A DNA stretch of 63,170 bases, counting the filler, from Folioceros fuciformis (lineage: Eukaryota): the NCBI GenBank assembly GCA_049999805.1. It is 11 parts of 11 records of this genome, joined end to end, with 100 filler letters (N's around TTAATTAATTAA, not from the genome) between each part and the next. Parts side by side here need not be neighbours in the genome. Positions count along the whole stretch, not along the records: positions 19,302 to 38,032 come from JBNGIO010002265.1; positions 38,133 to 48,532 come from JBNGIO010002266.1; positions 48,633 to 51,449 come from JBNGIO010002267.1; 8 more parts are not named here. One strand, written 5' to 3'. Positions 37,901 to 49,706 of this stretch are shown piece by piece; the stretch's first letter is position 1; the number at the start of each line of letters is the position of its first letter. Under the pieces are notes generated by a model. That model did no database searches, was not told the origin of the DNA, and saw nothing but the letters and a program-made list of their open reading frames with translations. Both the position numbers and the translations under genes were made by a program.

Positions 37901-38132
37901 ACATAAATTTATAGCTAATTAAGAAAAGACTCGAAGGTCTATAAATATCTTCATCCTTCTCTAACGAATTTTTTTGAAACACTTCTTAGCTAAAGGGGAT
38001 TATACATTCTTCATCTCCGGTCAGGTATGAAGNNNNNNNNNNNNNNNNNNNNNNNNNNNNNNNNNNNNNNNNNNNNTTAATTAATTAANNNNNNNNNNNN
38101 NNNNNNNNNNNNNNNNNNNNNNNNNNNNNNNN

Positions 38133-39270
38133 TGGTATGGTTTGGTTTTCTTTTTCTACTTATTTTCCCTAATTTTCCTTGATTTTCTGGTCATTTTTCC
38201 TATTTTTCTTTGTACTAATTAGGTTAATTGACCAGGAAATAGTTGGTTTGGTTATAAGAGTGGGTATAGGTTTGGTCCCAGACCTGGGAAAGTTTAGGTC
38301 CGGTACCGGGCCATAGGGTTATTAAAGCCCAATGTGCTTAGGCTAATGTGATTAGTTTAATTAGGCTAATGTGATTAGTCTAAGATTAGTGTCTAATTAA
38401 GTATCATTAGTTTAGATTAGCTTAAGCTAATTTTTAGGAAGCTTCCTGCATAGCTTCCTGTGAGCTTTTTGTGATCTTCTTGTGAAGCTTCCTTAGGAGC
38501 TTTTCTAGAGGGTATAAATACCCTCTTGAGCTCCCTTTTCAAGAGAGATGAGAGAGATGGGAGAGAGCTGTGAGAGACATTATGAGACCTCTCTTTCTCC
38601 TCTTCTCCTCTCTTCCTCTCCTCTCCTCTCCTCTCCTCTTCTCCTTCATCATGTGGCTCCCTTTCCGATCCTTCAAGGATCACAAGGTGTAATGACCAGG
38701 GTGAAGGGGTTTGCCCCTAGCCCTTGATTGTAAAGGATGTGTCTTTCTCTCGACTTGTCCACTCTTGTTCCATGTTTGGACAAGTGCTGTAGGCCGGCCA
38801 TGTTTTATGGCATCTGGTAAGGTTGTGGGGAGGAGATATCCGAGGGGGTGTGGGGGGAGAGTGTGTTCCCTTCTTTCTCTTCTTTGGGGTTAGTCTAGTG
38901 ACTCTTGCCGAGTAGGAGGAGTCAATAGGGAAGTGTAGAACGTAGTGGTGTCATGGTTAGTTGCTGGTGGTGGTGCTGGAGTGAGAGAGCGAGTGAAGTG
39001 AGTGAGGGAAGTTGCAGATCTGAGAGGTTAGGGTCGTTGTAGTGACTGGAGTGAGTTTGTGGGCACCAAGAGAGCTGCAGCTGACTGCTAGACAACGAGG
39101 CTTGTCCTACGCCTGATCGGAGCTGGAGGGGAGCCCTCGAATCCATCATCGAGTCAATTGAGTCCGACCCTCCATCCACAGCAGCAAGGAACCCCATCGC
39201 TCCTTCGTGGGAACGAAACCCAATGTCTCAACGATAGTGGGATAAGTGTAGCCACTAAAGGTAGAACCCG
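38133..39270 (+). mobile_element. 'Family Z' LTR fragment with promoter
   Basis: 38133-38320 matches the other family Z copies; a TATA box and CT-rich tract follow. The right boundary is uncertain. Confidence 0.6.
38507..38526 (+). promoter_or_regulatory. Putative LTR TATA box within a 9-bp inverted repeat
   Basis: AGAGGGTAT-AA-ATACCCTCT contains TATAAATA. Confidence 0.5.
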
Positions 39271-39624
39271 TTGGCAATCAGTGCCCGGGGTTTTGCCTCC
39301 ACACTTCACTTCAGCCAGCCTGCGATTCATTCAGCCCTTGCGGATCCGGCCACACGGATCTTGGCAGTCTTGGGATCCTCCACGTTCCCCTAGTGGCAAG
39401 GGAAATCAGGATCTCGGTTTAGTCTCAACCGGCTCAGCGCCCTGAACTAAGAGTTCTGCACACAAGGTCCAAGGAAATCGCACCGTAGACAGCCCCTCTC
39501 AATGGCAGGTCTCCCCCCTCTTATACTGCCTAGCCCTCCACCTCTTTCTACTAGGGTTAACCTGAGTCAACTACCTAACCATCTCTCTCTCTAACCTAAA
39601 CCATCCTACGCCCCGTTCTGATCT

Positions 39625-39930
39625 AAACCTGACCTAGGTCTAACCTAGACCTAACCCGACCTAGATCTGGCCTAGACCTAACCCGGCCTAGGTATGGCCT
39701 AGACCTAACCCGACCTAGGTCTGGCCTAGACCTAACTTGCCCTAGGTCTGGCCTAGACCTAACCCGACCTAGGTCTGGCCTAGACCTAACCCGACCTAGG
39801 TTTGGCCTAGACCTAACCCGACCTAGGTCTGACCTAAACGTAACCCGACCTAGGTATGACCTAGACCTAACCCGACCTAGGCCTGACCTAGACCTAACCC
39901 GACCTAGGTCTGACCTAGACCTAACCTAGG
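39625..39930 (+). repeat. 27-bp tandem repeat, about 11 units, with internal palindrome
   Basis: CCTAGACCTAACCCGACCTAGGTCTGG; unit starts at 39671 and 39698. Confidence 0.93.
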
Positions 39931-42900
39931 CTTCTCAACATCCCTCACCCCTCTCCCGGATCAGCTCATCCTGCATTCTTCAGAGTCTTCTTCCTTCAGG
40001 CCCTTCCCTCCATCCTGCCAATCAAAATTCATGCCCTGGCAAATCACCATCTAGCACCCTGGAGGAGCACCTTGCAAGGTGGAGATGACATTCCACTGTT
40101 CCTGTCAACATAACCATCACTGGGCTTCCCACCACTAGTAGCAACCCTATGCTACCACCTTCGGGCCTACAAGCAACTAGGGCTGCTACTAATGGATGGA
40201 ACGCCATGTGCCACTTATGTCCTTGGCTGGCCACCTTCCAAGTTGCCGGAAGGGTCTGCTGGGCTGATGCCCTTGAGCGGATGGCCCCATGGCGTTGCGT
40301 CCTGGAATGGCAACCACCACCCATCATCGCTGTAATTAGCATTAGGCTCTCCGCCTGCGGTAGAGAGTCGGTTCCCACCCACTACCCGCGGATGGCAAGC
40401 CGTATGCTAATTACGGCCACTGGCTGGCCATGGTACAGGAAATGCATCACCCCAGTCAAATCCCCAACACCCCTTGCTCATCTCTTCATTGGACCACCTC
40501 CTGCGTCTCCATCCACGACCCTAGGCGACAGGGTATCAACTTCTTGAGGCTTCCTGGATCTCACCTCATGTTCCTTATCTGATTCCAGTCAGGTGCCCTA
40601 GCACACCCTCGGTGCCCGAGACGAGCAACCTTTTCTCCACCAGCCTCCCTTGATTCGCCTGCCAGCCCAACTGCTTCAGCCAAGTTCCAGCCAGCCCGCT
40701 ACTAGCCTGTTTGGCTTGCTAGATCCGGCCATCATGCACCCTATTAGCCGTCAGCTGACCTAGATGCCACCTGGGTGCAACGCCACTCTCTTGCCCATCT
40801 GACCTCACCCAGACGAGACCTTCACCAGGCTTGTCTATTGTTGTTGCAGATGCTACTAGAGGCCGGCCAGAGTGTGCTTCCCAGCCATAAGGTCCCCGAG
40901 CTGAACAAGGCTGAGGATAATTCAGAGGCAGCGGCCAGTGGTTTTGTGACTCCGCTTTCTGCCTTCCGTCCAGCCACCAAGAAATCTAAAAAAAAAAAAA
41001 ACGGCCGCATCCCCTTTAACTCAACCAGCCCCCTTTGATCCGATACTAGCCGCCTGCCAGCCCGCTCCACTGCCTGCGGCTTAGCCAATCTTCGGAGTGC
41101 CCTGCCGGCTTGTCAGCAGCCCATCGTGCCCAGATTAGGCCGCCGTGCTCGGATCCAGCCAGGAAGCCTGCCAACTAGAGTCGGCTGGCCAACCTGCCCG
41201 CCTGGATCTGGCCAGACCGCCAGCCCTCACCGCTTCCTGCCTACTTGCAACCTCGTTGTTGCTTAGCAGCCTGGCCGAGTTACCCGACTGCCCTGTTGGT
41301 GGTCCAATCCTCTAGCCAGTACTTGCAATCCTTTGAGTCGTCCACCTATCAGAATCCATCCCAGCAATAGGCCAGCCCTCTCGCTGCTGATCCTGGCCAG
41401 GACCCCAACTCGGGTCTAGCTTGGTTCTCTTGCTTACCATCCTTTCGGCCTGGACTGCTGGCTCCCTTCCTACAGGGTCCCTGCCTATGCCGGCCCGTTT
41501 CGCTCAACCAGGCTGGCCAGGCCGCCAGCGAACTTGCCCGGCCAGCCCCGCTTGTTGAGCCTCCTCAGCTGCCTTCTCTTATGCCTTCCAAACCCGTCGC
41601 CACTCACCCAGCTGGAATTCAGCGGCTGCTGCCGGGTTGGTTGGCTATTTGGCAATTTGGCGAGACCCGCTGGAATCCGCCTGCAGGTTCGCTTGCTCGT
41701 CAGCCAGATCCAATCACCTACAGCCCCCCTGGATCCTTCCGGGCGGTCAGCTTGCTGGCCTGCCTACTGCTTGCATGCAGCCACCCCCGTCGCCTGCTAC
41801 TAGCCAGAACGCCGGCTACCGATGCCTGCCTGCAGCTGGGCCAGGTTGGCTGCTGGCTGGGCGCTTCAGTCACCACCTTCCACCATCCGATCTTCCCCAG
41901 CCTGGATTCTCTTTGGTCAGCCGGCCTGCTCCTGCTAGCAGCCCGCCTAGCGCAGCGCTTGCCACAGACCATTCCTCATCCAACATGCTGCCTCTGGCCT
42001 CCAGGTCTAGCCAGGCAGGTTTGCCTACCAGCCGCTGCAAGCCGGCCCTCGTCACCCGACTCGCCCAACTGCTGCCTTGCTTGCAGCCGGCCTACGAGTC
42101 CACCTAGACGCCAAATCACCAACCCTGGCTGTTCAGCTCCCAAAATCAACCAGCCAGGCCGCCTCTCGTCTGCAGCAGGCCTGGCTTGCTTCGGATCGGT
42201 CAGCTAGGCCAGGCGGATCCAACGCCGCCTCTGCTTGGCAGATCCTTGCCATGACCCAGTTAGCCCCCTGGCCAGCTAGACCCCACTTGCCAGGTCCGCC
42301 GAGGCCCGGCTGCCTTTAGATCTGCCAGCCCCTCGTTTCGCTCAACCAGAGCCCGGGTTGCCCGACGCTCCAAGCGCGACTGTTTGGATCCAGCCCACCT
42401 GTTGTTAGGCCTGGATCTTAACGGCACCGACCGCAGCCCGCCCTGGCAATCCGGCCAACAGCCACGCACACCTCGCCTGATCCACTCCGCCTGCTGGACC
42501 CGCTCTGCCTGGGTCCGCTCTAGCCTCATTCGCGGCCGGCCCGGTGGCATCGCCTACCTGCAGCCCGGCTGCTTCGGCCATGATCCAATCAGCCGCCTGG
42601 CTGCGTGGACCCGTAGGCCCGCCTGCCTACTTCAGCCCCTGCCGCCGACCAGCAGTCTACCAAGATCCGCCTGTACCCTGCCTGGTTGATCTAGCCATGT
42701 AGCTCACCTATCAGATCAACCAGCCTGCATGCTCTCAACCTTGCCGCAATCCACCCCTGGATTATCTGGGATCCGTGTGCCAGATGTCGTCGCTGCCTGC
42801 GAAGCTCTCAGCAGCTAGGCAGGAGGCAGGATGGCCAGGCTAGTGGCCAGCTTGCCATCCAGCCAGGCCGCCGCAGGCCAGCCTGCTCTGCCCGGCCTCA

Positions 42901-44730
42901 ACCAGCCCACCTGCCTCCACCGGATCAAAGCCACCTGCAGCCAGCTTAGGTCCCGTCCCTAGCCTGCCATCCATCCCGATCCGTCCCAGCCAGCTCTATG
43001 GTCGCCGTTAGCCGCTAATCGGTCACGATTGGGCCGCCCCAGCTTGCCTCCTGCCTGCCTCAGTCCCGTTCAGGCAGCTAGCTTGCTGGCCTGCCTGCTA
43101 CTTGCTTGCAGCAAGACCAGGTTGCCTTCCTGGCGGCCTGCCAGGGGCCAGCTGCCCACCTGGCTAGCTGGATCCTCCCCTGCCCTGCTGCTGCTTGGCC
43201 GCGGACCAGCCATCCTGCTAAATTCAATCTAGGCCAGCCCGCCATGGGTCCGACCCGGGCTGGACTGCTGCTAGGCCCTCCAGCAGCTACCGCCAGTCCG
43301 CCGACTGGCCATGGTCCAGCCACCTTGTTTCGACTGGATCCGGCTCGGCCTGCCTGCCGGCTTGCACCCTACTGCCATGGCTCTACCTCGGCCAGCCGCC
43401 TGACCGCCTACGATCCTTTCCCCGGCCACGCGGCTGCCTGGCAACTCGGTCGAATCCGCCTGCCAGCCCCTGTAAGCCGGCCTACCCGCTAGTAGCCAGA
43501 CCGGGCTGGGCTAGCCGTTGGTGTTCGGGCTGCCTGCCTTCGCCTGGCGATCCCGCCAAGCGCCTTCTTGCCAGACCCCCCCTACCTAGCCAGTCGCCAA
43601 CCGCGATGCGGTGGCCTCGCTCTGGCAGTGCCCACCTACACCCTGCCTTGTCAACCAGCCCGGCCGCCCCGACACCAGACGGCCGCCTGCCTAGCCTGGA
43701 TTCGGCTGCCACCTGCCGACTTCCAGATCCGGCCCCGGCTTCGACAAGCCTAGATCCGCCCCGGCTGCCTGCATGCAGACGGCTGGCGGGATCCGCCTTG
43801 TCCTCCTTTGCCCCGCGGCTAGCCTGCCCGCTAGGTCCAAACACCAATCCTATCCACGCCTGCCAGAATTCAATGCCACCATGGCCTGCCTGTGCTGCTG
43901 GTCCAAATCCGGCCAGCCAGCCTTCCTGGCCTGCTCTTGGCTTCAGCTTGATCTGCTGGTTCGCCCGACGGCTCCGACCAGCCCGGCCACCCAACCAGGC
44001 TGCCTGCACTCCGCCTGGCCAATCTGGGTTCATCCCGACTGCCTACTTGCAGCCGGCACGCTGGCTGCCCATGCTTGCTTCCCAGATCCGGCCAGCTAGC
44101 CAGCCTACCCAACCTGGCTGCCTGGCGCAGCTGATGCTGTTGGCTATCTAAGACGCTGGGCTACTGGCTAGGCTCCTTAGCAGCCCGCTAGACCACCAAC
44201 TGGCCACCGGTGTGTCATAGACTGCCCCAGCAACCTGCCACAGGCCACCGAGCGCCCTGCCCCCATCTGGCCTACCTCCATTGCTGCGGGGATGCCAGCC
44301 TGCAGCTAGCCAGGATGCCTGCCTCTTTCGGATTTGATGCACCCACGGAGTCCAATCACCTCCTACGTGGTTGCCTGATCTTAGTATCCTCGGCCCCCAG
44401 TGTACCTGGGGTAGAGCCCAGGGCAAGTCTAGGCACCTCCATACCTATCCCCCAGCTTCCACCAACACCAGCCAGAGGAGGACCCCCGGCTCGCTTTCCA
44501 CGACGTCCTAGGGTTCCCTATTCCTCTGTTACCTTACCCTGAGGAACGAGAGCCCCTGTCCTATCTACCACACAACCTACCTACCCTATCGACTCACCAT
44601 AAATCTAACTACTATTCTAACCTAATCTCCCAACCTTTCCTCTACAGCACTCACTCCCAGATCAAAAAAAGAAAAAAGAAAAGGAAAACCTATTATTTCC
44701 CAGGGGTCTGTTTAGCATGTGGATTCCACA
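39931..44730 (-). mobile_element. 'Family Y' long GC-rich 3' LTR, left end unresolved
   Basis: Begins TGTGGAATCCACATG directly after PPT GAGAAGGGGAGTA; homologous to 1-2344 and 54996-57363. Confidence 0.7.
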
Positions 44731-44764
44731 TACTCCCCTTCTCATTTGTTGGCGTCCTCGCCAA

Positions 44765-45334
44765 CTACTGATAATACTCCTTCACATGCCAGCCATTAAC
44801 CCTGGTTGGCAAGTTAGGGTCGTTGAGGTGCTGCAGTTGAATGGACCCATTCTCATACACCTCCAGCACCCTATAAGGCCCCATCCATCTCAAGTGCAGC
44901 TTACCTGGAAAGTGCATGTACCTATTGTCATATAACAAGGCTAAATCTCTAGGCACAACATACTCTTGTTTACGCAACTTCTGGTCGTGCCACTTCTTCC
45001 TCCTCTCCTGAACATCAAGGAAAACAGCAAAGGCCCGTTCCCTATCCTCATCATGCTGCACAAAACTGGTTAGCCTCTCCAGCTGGCTCTCCTCCACAGG
45101 CAATCGATTGCTCTCCTACATTCTCAAGGTGGGTACCTCAAATTCGATGGGCATGATCGGTGAGTGTCCATAGGTGAGGTAATAAGGGGTCTGCTGGGTA
45201 GTAACCTTCTCAGCAGTCCTATCTGCCCACAATGCTGAATGGAGCTTCCTATCCCAGTCATGAGCATAGGTGACGGTGAGCTTGCCAAGAATCTTGCACA
45301 ACATCCCATTAGCCTTCTCCGTGAGCCCATTGGC
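44765..45334 (-). pseudogene. Gypsy (Tat/Athila-like) integrase C-terminal fragment
   Basis: NGLTEKANGMLCKIL, WDRKLHSALWA, TPYYLTYG and FPGKLHLRWMGPY...RVNGWHVKEY (GPY/F motif); no chromodomain. Confidence 0.88.
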
Positions 45335-45335
45335 T

Positions 45336-45494
45336 ACCTACCTACCTACCCTATCGACTCACCATAAATCTAACTACTATTCTAACCTAATCTCCCAACC
45401 TTTCCTCTACAGCACTCACTCCCAGATCAAAAAAAGAAAAAAGAAAAAGAAAACCTATTATTTCCCAGGGTCTATTCAGCATGTGGAGTCCACA
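45336..45494 (-). repeat. Truncated family Y 5' LTR start
   Basis: Near-identical to about 44575-44730. Confidence 0.85.
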
Positions 45495-47172
45495 ATAGTC
45501 AGCTGTCTCTGTATGCCTTCTGCAATGAGATAATCATCGAAAATAGTATTGACAAACTCAGTTCCGTTGTCTATACGTAGGTACTTGAGCAATGAACCTA
45601 TCTGGCGTTGTACTGCAGGAAGCCACTCTTTGAATAGCTCAAAGGTATCACTTTTCTGTTGCATGGGAAAGGTCCAATTGTATCGACTGAAGTCGTCTGT
45701 TAAGGTGAGGTAATAGTTGGAACCGCCTATGGAGGGCACCTATATCCTTCCAGATATATCAGCGTGGACAAGGTCCAATATAGAGGTAGCCCTATATGTT
45801 GGAGTGGAAGGGAATGGGTGTTTCTTTTGCTTGGCAATTATGCACGCTTTTCAGGATGGTAATTTGTTGAAACAACGGGGAAGTGGTTCCGTGTAACACT
45901 GTTTCGCAGACATATCAACCAGTTTCTGCCTATTGGGATGCCCAAGTCTTGCATGCCATAACAAAGCCAGTTGCTTGGTGTCCATGTTAGCTAACCCAGT
46001 GCTGTGAACTGTGGCAGTCATCACAAGCAATAGGTCAAGGCGATACAAATCATTATTAAGTAAGCCCTTGAAAATGCAGATGTTTGGAGTCGTTTTCATG
46101 TAGAAGCTGCACATATCACCAATGGCCTTCATCTCAAGGGTCCTCAACTTCAAGAGCTGGCTCATGGACAAAAGATTCTTTGCCATAGCTGGTACGTACA
46201 GGACGCGTTCCAGAACAAGATCTGAACCGTCCTTCAGCTGGAAAATGACTTTGCCTTGTCCTTTGACTTGCAGGCTGATGTCATTATGTTCATCTCCAAG
46301 GAGGACTTTGTTGCTCTCACAACACAAGTTCAAGGAGGTGAATTGACTCTTGTTTCGACAAATATGAGATGTGGTGCCTGAATCTAGGTACCAACTCTTA
46401 CCGTCCTGGCAAGAGCTAGTCAAGCATATTGTAAGTATCTTAACTACGCCCTTGGCATCACTGGGTTTTTCCTTGGCGACACTAGACGAATTCTTAGGAG
46501 TTCTCTATGGCTCACCAGCCTTCTTCTTTTTACATTCACAAGCCCGATGGCCAATAATCCCACATCAATTACAGCTACCAGTTCTTCTAGTTGGGTTAGA
46601 AGAGCTAGGAGTCTAATTATTTTGAGATTTACCCTTGCATTTGTTGGGTGTGTGCCTTGCAGATAGAATTTTATCTCCCCTGGAACGAGAGCCTCCAGAT
46701 AAGTTGTTTCTAGCTTGTTCTTATTGAAACAGGGCACCCACAAGGATGTCGATTGTATAGGTTGAAGTTCGTCCAGCTGAGGCTATCAGGTATGGAGTGT
46801 TTTGCGTGGTGATGAAGCCTTGGTACGAGGGTGGTAACGTTGTGAGGAGGTGAGCTGCCGCATCCAATTCGTCCATTTTCGTGCCCATGCTCAGTTACTG
46901 AGATCTGAGATGACAAAATTTGCTGACGTGGGCGGCTATCTTCTCCCCCTTCCTCATCTTCAACGTATAGAATTTTTGTCTTACAGCACAAAGTGACATC
47001 AGATTGTTGACTTGATACGTGCTGGCAAGTTGATCCCAAACTTGATGTGCGCGTGTCAAGAATTCCATAGTGGGTACAAGGTCTTCATCCAAGCCATTGA
47101 TAAGGAAGGCAAGTGCGATAGAGTTGAGGGACAGCCTATGCTCCACTGCGAGAGCAGATGGTGGAGGCGTGC
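45495..47172 (-). pseudogene. Copia gag, protease and integrase fragment
   Basis: VRQKFYTLKM, WYLDSGTTSHIC, VLYVPAMAKNLLS, LWHARLGHP, DDFSRYNW and LRIDNGTEF. Confidence 0.92.
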
Positions 47173-47584
47173 TGTAAACCTCCAAAATTTGGGGTAGTAG
47201 TTTGTTTTGGTTGAAAAAGGATTAATAGTGGTATGGTTTGGTTTTCTTTTTCTACTTCTTTTCCCTTTTTTTTCTTTATTTTATGGTCATTTTCCCTATT
47301 TTTCCTTTGTGCTAATTAGGTTAATTCACTAGGAAATAGTTGGTTTGGTTATTAGAGTGGGTATAGAGTTAGAAGGGGTAGCAATCCACTAGAGTTATGT
47401 AACCATAGGTTATGTTAGCTTATCTACCTAAGTGCTAGGTTAGTTAGCTAGGCTAGCGAAAGGTCACACCCTTTGGGGTGAAACCTATAAAAAGACAACT
47501 ATTTGTATTTTTGATCATTTCTGAATTTATCTTTTGTATTGAAGACACGCTTTCGCATGTAGTCTTCCAACTTGGTATCAGAGC
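47173..47584 (+). mobile_element. LTR starting with the family Z end, followed by a Met-tRNA PBS
   Basis: TGTAAACCTCCAAAATTTGGGG start; ...TTCCA ACT TGGTATCAGAGC (PBS at 47573-47584). Confidence 0.7.
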
Positions 47585-48632
47585 ATTAGGCTCTAGATTC
47601 ATCTCCATGGTTCTAGGCATAATGTTTAGATCATGGATTAGTTCATACATTTAGATGTGTGAATTGATGTTTAGTCAATATGCAAACGTTAGAAACAAGT
47701 TCTCGTTTGTTTATATGACTACCTTCCTATCTCTTTTGAATGGGATCTAGAGGGGTATAGGCAAATGGCTTTTATAAGGGAAAGTTGGGAACAAGGAGCC
47801 CTAAAAGCTTCCTTTCCTTATATCACTTTCTACTCAAGTCATCCTTTGCTAGTCTTCCCCTCTACACTAGATCCTCAATTGCAAAATGGCAAGGAATCAT
47901 CGCCACTTTCAATCTTCAGCAAGACGAAGTGTTGTAGATCGAGATCGAGCCTGTGGTCGCTCAAATCGCTCAAATTGCACGATCTTCCTCACCCAGACCA
48001 CAACGTTCTCTCCACGACGGCTGGCTGGACAATCTCTTCCAAACGTTGCTAGAACAAGGCTGGACACCACCGGAAGCTCAACACCCTGGCAACATCGAAT
48101 TGACGTCAAGCCACTCTAGATCTTTCTCTAGTCGGCAACAGAGAAGATCAAGTGCTCGAAGGAGGAGAAATGGAACTGAAGATCTCCTCGTCTCTCAATC
48201 CAGCTTGAGTTCGGCACGTCGTGCAAGCTCTCCACGAGTACGTGAAGGACGGCGCACGACCACACGTGAAGGACCTGCAAGAGAACAAACACCGAATTTA
48301 GGTGCATGGGGAGAAAGCGATGAAGATCTGCTGATAATTTCTCCTTCCGTACGACAATCCAAGCCAAATCTGAGACGCCAAGCAACATCCTCATGTCCAG
48401 GCGCCCCACCCTGCGGCTGTCCCTCTGAAATTGCTGGAGAATTTGCCTCAAATCAAGCAGAATTGGATCCTGGATTTCTGGTGGAAAATCAGTAGAATGG
48501 TGCACAATTTCCTTCAAACTTGGTTGGCGTGANNNNNNNNNNNNNNNNNNNNNNNNNNNNNNNNNNNNNNNNNNNNTTAATTAATTAANNNNNNNNNNNN
48601 NNNNNNNNNNNNNNNNNNNNNNNNNNNNNNNN

Positions 48633-49457
48633 GAATAGGGCCGGGCATGACAGCGATCAACAACCTCGGACAGATCGGCGAGTCACTCGGTTACACGGAT
48701 GTAGCAACGTTTGTGGCTATTGTGAGCATAGGGGGATTTGTCGGCCGCCTGGGATCAGGAACGCTGTCGGAGCATCTGGTGAAGTAAGTGCCTCAATTTC
48801 CACTTTCAAACCATTTATCGTGTTGCGAGAACTTGGCTCGCTCCATGCGTTTCCTTTGTGAAATTTCACCTTTCTCTGGCAATCATGGACTAATCGCCAT
48901 GCCTGTGTTTCCCTGGCAGGTCGAGGGCTCTGCCGAGGCCAGTGTTGCTGGCAGTATCCCATGGTGTCATGCTGCTGGCGTACGTGCTTTGGGCAGGAGG
49001 TTTTCCTGGATCCATGTATCTGGGGTCAGCACTTATTGGCGCATGCTATGGTGTCACCATAGCCCTAGCAGTCCCCACTGCATCAGAGCTGTTTGGACTC
49101 AAGAACTTTGGCATGATCTACAACATTCTCATCCTCGACATTCCTCTGGGCTCCTTCCTTTTCTCCAGTGTCTTAACAGGCTGGCTTTACGATCGCGAGG
49201 CCAGGAAGCAGCAAGAGCAACTGGACACCGGGGTCCCTATTTCTGGACGGTCCTTCCTTGGCTTTCTGTGGGACAGCGATACCGATTCTCCTCTCGTCTG
49301 CAAGGGTCCCGAGTGCTTCAGAGGAATCTTCTTGCTAATGGCAGCCACATGTCTCATAGGTCTCATTTTGTCAGTCATTTTGAGTTTCAGGGCTAGGAAG
49401 GTTTACTTCACATTGTATGGCCCTTTAAGGTCCCGACCGTTACCTCGACTCAAGTAG
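48633..49457 (+). CDS. Nodulin-like/NFD4-family MFS transporter, 3' part (intron 48784-48919)
   Basis: GMTAINNLGQIGESLGY, GRLGSGTLSE, LIGACYG...TASELFGLKNFGMIYN...PLGSFLFS...LYDREA and CKGPECF. Confidence 0.92.
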
Positions 49458-49706
49458 GTAGAAAGAGTCTGGTGGGAAGTAGAGTTGAATACCTGTCACT
49501 CTCGGAAAGTAGACGTCACTCTCGGAAACTAGATAGATGCACACTGTATATGTATGTGTACTTCATGTTACAGTCACCGTCAAATTCATTTTTGTATAAA
49601 TACTCAAGGGTTTTCCAAAACTGTCCTCTGTACAACTCTGCGTGTCACTTACCTGGTTACGCCAGGTGTGACTAGAGAAAAACTCCGTGTATACGTCGGC
49701 CACAAG

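Noticed and set aside
39625-39930. Palindromic 27-bp units as CRISPR repeats
   Set aside because: Units are head-to-tail with no unique spacers.
47765-48517. 180-aa Ser/Arg-rich ORF after the PBS
   Set aside because: No gag motif recognised; probably retroelement leader or another repeat.
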